64,000 nt of DNA, from positions 6,173 to 70,172 of the forward strand of contig CAUGOD010000002.1 in NCBI GenBank assembly GCA_959601025.1, read 5' to 3'. Shown here piece after piece: positions 46,212 to 54,637 of this stretch. Origin of the DNA: an uncultured Oscillospiraceae bacterium (GTDB taxonomy: Bacteria > Bacillota > Clostridia > Oscillospirales > Acutalibacteraceae). Made by a program: the position numbers and the translations under genes. Each line of letters starts with the position of its first letter. Within the stretch, counting starts at the first letter, position 1. The notes beneath the pieces were generated by a model, which did no database searches, was not told where the DNA came from, and saw only the letters and a list, made by a program, of their open reading frames with translations.

Positions 46212-47129
46212 TTATCCAAGCTCGATCATCCGGTCGATACAAACGCGGGCCCTTTTTATGGTGTCGGCGTCCAGACGGATTTCTTCCGTGACCGTTCCCG
46301 TTAATGTGCGGTATACATCCATCAGGGAGGTCATCTTCATATTCGGGCATAGCAGGTTTTTCGAAAGCGGATAAAAGAATTTGTCCGGACAGCGGTAGGA
46401 AAGATGCTGCGCGATGCTGATTTCCGTACCAATGATAAACTCTTTTTCGGGAGAGCTTTCCGCATATTCCATGATGGCGGAGGTGGAGCCGACAAAGTCG
46501 GCAAGGGCCAGAACGTCCGGCGTACACTCGGGATGCGCCAAAACGGCCGCTTTTGGATGGGCAGCCCGCGCCTGCTGCACTTCCGCCACCGAGACACGCG
46601 CGTGAATGGGACAGCCTCCCTGAAGCAGCTTGAAATTTTTATCCGGTATTTGCTTTGCCACATAGTCGCCCAAATTGCAGTCGGGGATAAAAAGGATATT
46701 TTTGTCCGGCAGCTTTTTCACGATGTTTACCGCTGAGGAGGAGGTTACGCAGACATCACATACCGTTTTCAGTTCGGCGGTCGTGTTGATATACGCGACG
46801 ACCGTATAATCCGGAAAGCGCGCCCGGACGTTTTCCATCAGTTCCCGGTCCATCTGTTCCGCCATAGGACATCCGGCGTTCGCATTGGCGAGGAACACCC
46901 GCTTTTCGGGGGACAGGATTTTCACCGTCTCCGCCATAAAACGGACGCCGCACAGAATAACCGTGCTTTGCGGCGCTTTGCTCGCTTGGACGCTTAGCTG
47001 GAAGGAATCGCCGGTAAAATCCGCAATTTCCGTGACTTCACAGGACTGGTAGCTGTGCGCGAGAATACAGACGTCCTTTTCTCTTTTCAGCCGCCGTATT
47101 TCGTTTTGAATTTTGTTGATGGATAACAT
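46212..47129 (-). CDS. nadA: quinolinate synthase
   Basis: MLSINKIQNEIRRLKREKDVCILAHSYQ… plus three-Cys cluster pattern typical of NadA. Confidence 0.9.
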   Translation of the reverse strand: MLSINKIQNEIRRLKREKDVCILAHSYQSCEVTEIADFTGDSFQLSVQASKAPQSTVILCGVRFMAETVKILSPEKRVFLANANAGCPMAEQMDRELMENVRARFPDYTVVAYINTTAELKTVCDVCVTSSSAVNIVKKLPDKNILFIPDCNLGDYVAKQIPDKNFKLLQGGCPIHARVSVAEVQQARAAHPKAAVLAHPECTPDVLALADFVGSTSAIMEYAESSPEKEFIIGTEISIAQHLSYRCPDKFFYPLSKNLLCPNMKMTSLMDVYRTLTGTVTEEIRLDADTIKRARVCIDRMIELG

Positions 47130-47552
47130 CGTTCAACGCCTCAAATCCTCATCGTTTTTTCCATATTGTTACGCTACATACCATCAGACCGCTATATTGA
47201 TTTACAGCTTTTAGCAAATCCCGGGGCTGCATCCCTTTAATGAATATCATATAAATTAAATAGGATTAATAGATTATACCGCTGGTTATTTTCCTTGTCA
47301 AGTGGAATAAAGCCCTTGAAATTTATCTGTTTTTTGCCTTTTGACAAAAGATTGGGAAAAGCTGACGGGGAAATAGACAAAAAATGCGCGTGGACGTTTC
47401 CGATTTTCTTTCCGATTTTCTCCTCTTTTGCGGCGCAGAGGGACAAAATAGATAAAATACCAAAATGCAGACTATCGAATAGAAAATTTGAAACGAAGAT
47501 ATTGGATTTGTTTGGTTGTATAATTATTTCAACAGAAATGGAGGGATTTTAT
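47130..47552. promoter_or_regulatory. AT-rich divergent promoter region between nadA and the surface phosphoesterase gene
   Basis: GC drop; extended -10 like TGTATAAT at ~47524-47531; 13-bp palindrome CTTTTGACAAAAG at ~47336-47348. Function of the palindrome unknown. Confidence 0.3.
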
Positions 47553-50147
47553 ATGAAAAGTCTAGGGAAACGGACGCTGGCCCTGCTGATGGGTACGGCT
47601 ATGCTGCTTTTCACGCTGATTACGACATCGGTTTTATGCGCGGCGTCGTCCGGTAACAGCGACACGGAAACCGCCTATTCGTCCCTGCAGGTGGGTATCA
47701 TGAGCGACATCCACCTGTACGATACGGTGACCGGCGCGGACGATAACCTGAAGAAGATGCTGGAGCTGTATAAGGAAAAGAACGTTGACGCCATCCTGGT
47801 AACAGGCGATATCGCCAATACCAACACCGTGGCGCAGTATCAGAAATTCAATCGTATCTGGGACGAGGCGTTTCCAAACCCGGATGAAGCGCCGGTGCGT
47901 CTGACTTTGATGGGAAATCACGATTATGAATCGTCCATCAATGCGGAACAGAACACGGTCGAGCAGGCGCAGCAGCGGTTTATCGATCAGCTGGGCGGAG
48001 AACTGAACTTCAATCGTGTGGTAAACGGCTATCATTTTATCGGCATGAGCGGCGAGGGCTCGGCGGTCTACGGGAAATTCACGGAAAAGACGGTAAGCTG
48101 GCTGAAGGAACAACTGGACGCCGCCGTGAGCGAGGATCCCGATAAACCAATTTTTGTAGCGGCCCATCAACCGATTTCCAACACCACCTATGGCAGCGAT
48201 CAGGAAGGGAACACCGCCTTTGCCGATCTGCTGAAGGATTACCCTCAGGTGGTGTTTTTCGCCGGTCACTGTCACCGCCCGGCGGAAAATGAACGCTCAA
48301 TATATCAGAAAGATTTCACGGCGGTAGCGGTTCCTTCCCTGCAATATGTAACCGTGGAAACGGGAACTGCGCCGGAAGCTTTTGCTTCGCAGGAAGCATT
48401 GCTTTTGTCGGTGAAGTCGGCGGAACAGAGCATTCATATCGCACGGTATAAAGTGCAGACCATGGATACCTTAAAAGAGGATTGGGTTCTCAGCCTTCCG
48501 CTCTCCACGGAGACCTTCACGTATACGGACGCCCGGGTCAATGACCGCACCGCGCCGGTTTTCCCGGAGAACGCGGCGGTTGCCGTATCCGCTGTAACCT
48601 CCAACTCCTGCAGTATTTCCTTTCCCTCTGCCACGCATGACGATTATGTCCAGGGCTATACCGTTCGGGTAATCGACAGAGCGACGGGCGAGGCGGCGTT
48701 CAGCCGGTTCTTTATCTCGGATTTTTACATCGACCATACAAACATGGCAAAGACGCAGAAGATAGACATTAAGGGCCTGCAGGCGGGAACGGAATATACC
48801 ATTGAGGTAACCGCCTCCGAATCCTTCGGGCTGACCAGTGCACCGCTGACGGAGGAGCTGGAGACCTTCGCCTACAACACGGCGCCGGACGGGATTTCCC
48901 GCGCGGATATTCTGGATGTGGATGGTCATGTGGGCTTTATGGACAATTCCCCCTATCGGGCTCCTTATGAGCTGTACAGCAGCGGTTTCCATCCCACGCT
49001 GGTTTTCGACGAGACGCTGGGACGTCAGGTCATTCAAATCAATCGCTGGATTAACTATCCTACCAGCGCGGGTCTGCTGAAAAAAATCGGCCAGACGGTG
49101 TCGATGGAGGCGGCGTTCCGGGTGGATACGCTGACCGGCCGCCTGACCATCCTGAGCAACCGGGAATCCGGGGGCATCGGGCTGGAAGTGAAGGACGGCG
49201 TGCTGAAGGCGGCGATCCGCCTGGAAAGCGGCGACATCACGGCGGCGTATTCCCTGTCGTCTATTGAGCAGTATTATCATGCGCTGGCAACGTATGACGG
49301 CCAAGCGCTCCGGCTGTATGTGAACGGCGAACTGGCGGATGAAACCGCCGCTTCCGGAACGATCTATTACAACCCGGCAATGTCGCTGATTACCATAGGC
49401 GCGAATCCGGTGCCGGACGGAAATGCCGCGTATGTTTTTAAGGGCAATATTGCGCTGGCCCGCATCTACAGCACCGCGCTGGACGAGGCGGCTGTGGCCA
49501 GGGCGTACGAGTATTATCTCCATGATCCGCAGTATGTGGCGGTGTACAAAAACACGACCATCCTGAAGAATCTGGATGTCAACAATCCCGCGTATTTCCC
49601 GACCGCCTCCACGCTGAACGCGATCAGCCGCCTGATTCAGCAGGGCGAGCAGCTGGACGCGGATGCGGCGATCACGCAGGAAGCCGCCAACGCCTTTGTC
49701 GATGAATCCAATCGGGTGATCGCCGCTTTCTTTGAGGAGATTGGGGAGGAAAATCCGAACCCCGCCACCCCGACCACGGCGATTACGACGCCGGGCGAAT
49801 CCACTTCTTCGTCTACGGAAGGCACTTCTACGGAATCCACCGAGCCGACCTCCTCCGAATCCACCGAGCCGTCTTCACCGACTGAACCGGTTGAAACGAC
49901 TTCGTCGGCCGGGTCCACGGAATCCGCCAAGCCGGGCGAATCGACGGGAGCCCCGGTGGCAACGGAGCCTGTCGTCTCCGGGGAATCCGCCGCGACGACG
50001 GACGGTACGGCGATTCCCACGGACACGGTAACAGCGCCAGCCTCCCCGTCCACCGGGGACAGCGGCGCGGCCTCCCTGCTGTTGCTGGCACTCGCCGCCG
50101 TGAGCGGCAGCGCGGTCGTGCTGCTGAAGAAGCGCGCCCACCTTTGA
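47553..50147 (+). CDS. cell-surface calcineurin-like metallophosphoesterase with FN3-like and LamG/concanavalin-like domains; (S/P)PXTG sortase substrate
   Basis: Start MKSLGKRTLALLMGTAMLLF with RBS AATGGAGGG. MPP motifs (MSDIHLYD, GDIANT, GNHDYE, AAHQP, GHCHR). LamG-like region (…LRLYVNGELADE…). Thr/Ser/Glu-rich stalk. C-terminus …SPSTGDSGAASLLLLALAAVSGSAVVLLKKRAHL. Confidence 0.8.
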   Translation: MKSLGKRTLALLMGTAMLLFTLITTSVLCAASSGNSDTETAYSSLQVGIMSDIHLYDTVTGADDNLKKMLELYKEKNVDAILVTGDIANTNTVAQYQKFNRIWDEAFPNPDEAPVRLTLMGNHDYESSINAEQNTVEQAQQRFIDQLGGELNFNRVVNGYHFIGMSGEGSAVYGKFTEKTVSWLKEQLDAAVSEDPDKPIFVAAHQPISNTTYGSDQEGNTAFADLLKDYPQVVFFAGHCHRPAENERSIYQKDFTAVAVPSLQYVTVETGTAPEAFASQEALLLSVKSAEQSIHIARYKVQTMDTLKEDWVLSLPLSTETFTYTDARVNDRTAPVFPENAAVAVSAVTSNSCSISFPSATHDDYVQGYTVRVIDRATGEAAFSRFFISDFYIDHTNMAKTQKIDIKGLQAGTEYTIEVTASESFGLTSAPLTEELETFAYNTAPDGISRADILDVDGHVGFMDNSPYRAPYELYSSGFHPTLVFDETLGRQVIQINRWINYPTSAGLLKKIGQTVSMEAAFRVDTLTGRLTILSNRESGGIGLEVKDGVLKAAIRLESGDITAAYSLSSIEQYYHALATYDGQALRLYVNGELADETAASGTIYYNPAMSLITIGANPVPDGNAAYVFKGNIALARIYSTALDEAAVARAYEYYLHDPQYVAVYKNTTILKNLDVNNPAYFPTASTLNAISRLIQQGEQLDADAAITQEAANAFVDESNRVIAAFFEEIGEENPNPATPTTAITTPGESTSSSTEGTSTESTEPTSSESTEPSSPTEPVETTSSAGSTESAKPGESTGAPVATEPVVSGESAATTDGTAIPTDTVTAPASPSTGDSGAASLLLLALAAVSGSAVVLLKKRAHL

Positions 50148-50538
50148 AAACCGCCGTTTTTTGGGAACGGTTGGCTTTCCGACAGCCCCCCCTGTACGCC
50201 GGACGTTTGAAGCGGCCGTGTTTTCGCCGCCGTTCCCGCCCTTTGGATTCGGACAGGGGACGGCAAATGACAGCGAAAGAGAGAAAAAGAAGGAAAGGCG
50301 GGAAAAGCCAAAACACGGATAACGACATCCCGAAGGATGGACATAGCCGATTTTCGGATTGGATGGTAGAATACAGGAAGAAGCCCATAAGAAAAGCGTA
50401 AAAAAAGCGTGGCAGTTTATTCAATTTCACAAGGCCATAGGATAACGGCGCCGCCGGGCCCGGGCGTTCCTAAAATTTGATTAAGCTGGACTTACTTTGC
50501 GCTTTGAGGATTTACCGGAATTTTAAGGAGGAGAAAGC

Positions 50539-51906
50539 ATGAAAAAGGCAGTAACCTTAGTAGTAGCGGTTGCCATGCTAATGAGCTGCATCCTGCTGAA
50601 CACCGCGGCGGCGGCGAACGTCTTCGTCGACGAAGCGACAAAGGATTTCGCAGGCGTATTCGAGTACAGCCAGGATACCTGGCAGTTCGAGCAAAACAAT
50701 GACATTGAGGCGACGCTCTATTCCAAGAAAAATATCAACGAGGCATATCTTACGTATAAAGTGGACGGAGCAATCACCAATTTTCGGGTTCTCGCGCATA
50801 TCGCCACCGGATTCGGCGATTTCAGCCTGGATGCGGAAATCTATCTGTCCACCGATAACGAAACCTGGAACCAGGTCGAATTCGACTGCACCAAGCCGGT
50901 TTATAACAGCCACTATCCGACGGAGTCGACAGCCTACTGGTGGGATCAGACGGCAACGGCCAAGGAGAGCCTTTCCGGCAGCTATTCCTATCTGAAAATC
51001 GTTCTCAAGAAATTCGATCAGGTGCCATGGCGTACGGTTATTGACCAGGTGACGATCCAGTATCAGCCGGACGGCTCCACCCCGAGCACCTCCAGCTCGA
51101 CGGCGTCTACTGAGACGACGGCTTCAACCACCGAGTCCACCGCCGCTTCGACCACCGAATCCTCGGCGGCCACGACAGAACCCACCGCCGCCCCGACCAC
51201 GCCCGCGCCGGCGGCTGGGCAGCTGGTCGACGATACCGACGCGAGCTTCTCCAAAACGTTTGACGTTTCCGACAATATCCAGTATGAGGAGAATCCGGAT
51301 CTAAACCGGAACCTGTTCTCCAAAAAGCGCCCGACCAGCCTGCCGGATCCCGACGGCTATGTGATTTACAAGCTGGACGGCGACGTGACCGCGTTCACGA
51401 TCAACGCGGTGGTCTGCAACGCGGACCAGGGGAACAACGGCGTTGTGGACCGCGACCTGTCTGTGTACGTTTCCAAGGACGGCGAGAACTGGGTCAAGGC
51501 GGATATGGAATTCACCGATCCGGCGGTTATCGAAGGCACCAACAACTATTGGATGGACAGCACGGTGACCGGCGCGGTGGATGCGGCTGCGGGCTACCGG
51601 TATGTAAAGGTGCAGCTCAACAGCGTCGATATTGTCGCGGGTATCCCGACTTGGGCGGTTATGCTCGATAAGATCACGATCGACTATCAGACGAACGGCA
51701 CTGCGGAACCCACCGCGACCCCGACGGGAGCGGCTACGGAGGCCCCGGCCAAGATGTCTTCCACGGAAGCTCCGGCAACCACTGCCGCGTCGAAGGATTC
51801 GCCGGTCACGGGCGAGGGCGGCGCTGGAATGGCGGCGGCCCTGATGAGCGTCGCCGTGCTGAGCGCCGGCACTCTGGCGGTCCTGAAAAAGCGGTCCGGC
51901 CGCTGA
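50539..51906 (+). CDS. secreted protein with two beta-sandwich (CBM-like) modules and SPVTG sorting signal
   Basis: RBS AAGGAGG. Signal peptide MKKAVTLVVAVAMLMSCILLNTAAAA. Two related ~150-aa modules (…YLKIVLKKFD…, …YRYVKVQLNSVD…). Ser/Thr/Pro linker. C-terminus …DSPVTGEGGAGMAAALMSVAVLSAGTLAVLKKRSGR. Confidence 0.75.
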   Translation: MKKAVTLVVAVAMLMSCILLNTAAAANVFVDEATKDFAGVFEYSQDTWQFEQNNDIEATLYSKKNINEAYLTYKVDGAITNFRVLAHIATGFGDFSLDAEIYLSTDNETWNQVEFDCTKPVYNSHYPTESTAYWWDQTATAKESLSGSYSYLKIVLKKFDQVPWRTVIDQVTIQYQPDGSTPSTSSSTASTETTASTTESTAASTTESSAATTEPTAAPTTPAPAAGQLVDDTDASFSKTFDVSDNIQYEENPDLNRNLFSKKRPTSLPDPDGYVIYKLDGDVTAFTINAVVCNADQGNNGVVDRDLSVYVSKDGENWVKADMEFTDPAVIEGTNNYWMDSTVTGAVDAAAGYRYVKVQLNSVDIVAGIPTWAVMLDKITIDYQTNGTAEPTATPTGAATEAPAKMSSTEAPATTAASKDSPVTGEGGAGMAAALMSVAVLSAGTLAVLKKRSGR

Positions 51907-51920
51907 TTCCCGGTTTAAAA

Positions 51921-51969
51921 AAGAGCGGTCTCCCGTTCCCCCGCAAAGGATACGGGCACCGCTCTTTTT
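51921..51969 (+). terminator. Rho-independent terminator
   Basis: AGAGCGGT…(inner CCCGTTCCCCCGCAAAGGATACGGG)…ACCGCTCT followed by TTTTT. Confidence 0.6.
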
Positions 51970-52175
51970 AAACGGGGCTGCCGGAAATCCAAAATAAGGA
52001 TAAGTATTTGCCGGGATTTATACATAGCGCGGATTCCGGCCCGATGATACAATAAATCCAGTGAAACAAATCGAAATCGTGTGGGATGACAGCGGGTGGC
52101 TTGATATATTTTTACACCCCCGATTTTGGCATCTTACAGAACCACAAAACAGGGAAACGGGAGGAATTGTTTATG

Positions 52176-52919
52176 AAGAAGATGTTGGCAACAGCGGCTG
52201 CGGCGGTCTTGCTGGTGAGCAGTCTTACGTTCGGCGCGGCTGCGGCGACGGTGGACATCGTACCCAACGCCGAATTCAGCAACGTAGACTCCAAATCCGA
52301 CAACTGGCAGTATGAGAAAAACGCCGACACCCAATATGACTTGTATGTCCGGAACCAAGCGGGCGATCAGGAGATCGTGTTCAAGGCGGACGGAAAAATT
52401 ACCGGTTTTACCGTCGGGCTGCAGATGTGCGCAGGCTTCTTTGAGGAAGGCAACGCGAACCGCGACGTGAAGTTCTATGTATCGGCCGATAAGAGCGACT
52501 GGGAAGAGGTCGGCGTGACGCAGGGGGCGACCACCTTCCGCGAAGATATCTATTTCCTGGAAAATCTGGCCTATTGGTTTGAGACCGACGTAACGTCCAA
52601 GTCCATCTCGGGTACGCCGTCTTATCTGAAGATTGTTATCAAGGATTCGCCGGTCAATGGCGCGCCCTCATGGAATATGGCGATCGACAGCGTCAAGTTG
52701 GAGGTGGAGCCGACCTCCTCCGGCGGCAATGACAACAACAACGACAACAACGGTGACGGTGACAAAGACAATAATAACAGCGGCAGCAGCGGCGGTTCCA
52801 ACAATGGAGGCAGCAGTTCTCCGGCCACCGGCGAGAACAGCGCGGCGGCTTCGGTGGCTGTCCTCTCTGTTATGAGTCTGGGCGTTCTGCTGACGGTCAA
52901 AGCGAAGAAAGCGAAATAG
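52176..52919 (+). CDS. secreted beta-sandwich (CBM-like) protein with SPATG sorting signal; paralog of the 50539 modules
   Basis: Start MKKMLATAAAAVLLVSSLTFGAAAA with GGGAGG RBS. Module …YLKIVIKDSPVNGAPSWNMAIDSVKLEVEP. Low-complexity N/D/G/S linker. C-terminus …SSPATGENSAAASVAVLSVMSLGVLLTVKAKKAK. Confidence 0.7.
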   Translation, partial: KKMLATAAAAVLLVSSLTFGAAAATVDIVPNAEFSNVDSKSDNWQYEKNADTQYDLYVRNQAGDQEIVFKADGKITGFTVGLQMCAGFFEEGNANRDVKFYVSADKSDWEEVGVTQGATTFREDIYFLENLAYWFETDVTSKSISGTPSYLKIVIKDSPVNGAPSWNMAIDSVKLEVEPTSSGGNDNNNDNNGDGDKDNNNSGSSGGSNNGGSSSPATGENSAAASVAVLSVMSLGVLLTVKAKKAK

Positions 52920-52970
52920 GAGATTTTCCGCGGCATCGCCAGGAAATCCGTACAAAGTCGTACCGGAAAA

Positions 52971-53006
52971 CTCCGAGCCAACGTTCTGCTGGCTCGGAGT
53001 TTTTTC
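52971..53006 (+). terminator. Rho-independent terminator
   Basis: CTCCGAGCC-AACGTTCTGCT-GGCTCGGAG followed by TTTTTTC. Confidence 0.7.
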
Positions 53007-53591
53007 TTTCATGACTTTCTGGCGGTTCAGCGGCGGGTTTGCCGTTTTCGTATTCGGTTTGTGGTATTCCCGATTTTGGCTTTCTCCGACGCCGGGAAGA
53101 GGAAAGCGGAACTTATCCCGATTTTCCCGGATTGGCGAGGATTCTCCGTGAGCAGGGCGGTCCCCTGTGGATATTCAATAAGGAAGACCGGAAAAAGGTA
53201 TGGCTTCTTCGTCGGGATATCGACCTCGGCTTTTGGCTTGTCCGAAAAGGGGGGGATTCCTTCTGCTTTCCGGATAAGCTGGAATATGGAAAATATTTGT
53301 ATTTCTCCACGGCGTTTTCCTGCCGGACCACCCGGAAAACTGCGAAAAGCCAAAATTGGGATAAGCAGCAGGAGAAACCCGTACATTGTGCAAAATATAG
53401 TGCGATGTTACAATTTACACAGAGAAAAAACGCCGGCTTTTATAAAAGGCGGCGGCATTCTTTCTTTGCGTAAAGTTCGCATTCCCCTATTACAGATTTT
53501 TTGATGGGCAGCAGCAAACAGCCGTATTTTCATGTCAGGCGCAAACCGGCGCGGTCCGGCAAAGCGCTTTTTCGGAAAGGGAGCGAACGAG

Positions 53592-54557
53592 ATGTTGGTT
53601 CCGGGCAAGCAATTTGAATTTGACAATCTGTTTAACGGCGAGCATCGCAAGTTTGGCCCCTTCAATTTGTACCAGGCGGGTGAACTGAGCTGTGTTAACG
53701 GCTATGAGGTGCCGCCGCATAAGCAGTGGTGCCATGAAATTAGCTACGTTGTCAGCGGCGAAGGATTGTTCACCACCAATGGGGAAACCGACCTGCTGAT
53801 TGAAGGCGACATCCATATCTGCCCAATGGATTCCATCCATGCAATCAAGACCGTCAACGACTCGGATCTCCGGTATGCCTATATCGGCTTTGAGTTCAAC
53901 GAGGATGCGGACAGTGAAAGCTTTCAGTATCTGAAGGATTTTTTCAAAAACATTTCGGTGTATAAGGCGAGCGACCGCAACAGCCTGCTGATCCCGCTGT
54001 TCCGCAACCTCGACGAGCTGTACAACAAAGCGATGTTTTATCCGCTGATGGTGGAGACCTACCTGACGCAGATTGCGATTACCTGCTGCCGGTCGTTTGT
54101 CCTGAACCCGATGCCGGTCTACTTCCCGTCGCTGTCGGTGGATTCGGTGGGGCGGTCGGTTTACATGGTGATCAAATACATCGAGAACAACATTTTTGAA
54201 AAGATCGACGTTAAGATCATCGCAAGGGAAGTCGGTTACAACTACTCCTACATATCCGACATGTTCAAGAAAAAAACCGGCATTACTATTCAGCGGTATA
54301 TCAGCAACAAGAAGATACAGAAGGCAATCGAGCTGCTGAAATACGGCAAGCTGAACATTACCCAGGTGGCCCAGCGCCTGAATTATGCGAATATCCAGTC
54401 CTTTAACAAAGCCTTCAAGCGGACTATGGGCTGCGCGCCGACCGATTTCCTCAAAAACTGCAACGAGCAGAACGCGCCGCTGAACGGCGGCTTTGCCGAC
54501 GAGGAGACGGCGCGTCCGGAGGATGACGGCCCGTCCGCATCGGATTCCGCTTTATAG
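53592..54557 (+). CDS. AraC family transcriptional regulator (cluster B)
   Basis: Start MLVPGKQFEF with RBS GGAAAGGGAG. Cupin-like N-terminus; C-terminal HTH (…GYNYSYISDMFKKKTGITIQRYISNKKIQKAIELL…NYANIQSFNKAFKRTMGCAPTDF). Confidence 0.85.
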   Translation: MLVPGKQFEFDNLFNGEHRKFGPFNLYQAGELSCVNGYEVPPHKQWCHEISYVVSGEGLFTTNGETDLLIEGDIHICPMDSIHAIKTVNDSDLRYAYIGFEFNEDADSESFQYLKDFFKNISVYKASDRNSLLIPLFRNLDELYNKAMFYPLMVETYLTQIAITCCRSFVLNPMPVYFPSLSVDSVGRSVYMVIKYIENNIFEKIDVKIIAREVGYNYSYISDMFKKKTGITIQRYISNKKIQKAIELLKYGKLNITQVAQRLNYANIQSFNKAFKRTMGCAPTDFLKNCNEQNAPLNGGFADEETARPEDDGPSASDSAL

Positions 54558-54558
54558 C

Positions 54559-54592
54559 CCGTTATCGGCTCGTTACCGGCCCGTCATCGGCC
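54559..54592. promoter_or_regulatory. three tandem ~11-12-bp direct repeats (CGTTATCGGCT / CGTTACCGGCC / CGTCATCGGCC) between the AraC gene and the cluster B SBP gene
   Basis: Read directly. Lies immediately after the AraC stop and ~45 nt before the SBP start. Confidence 0.3.
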
Positions 54593-54637
54593 GGCCCATC
54601 AACGATTGAGAAGCTTGGGAGTGAGACTGTGCGTAAT

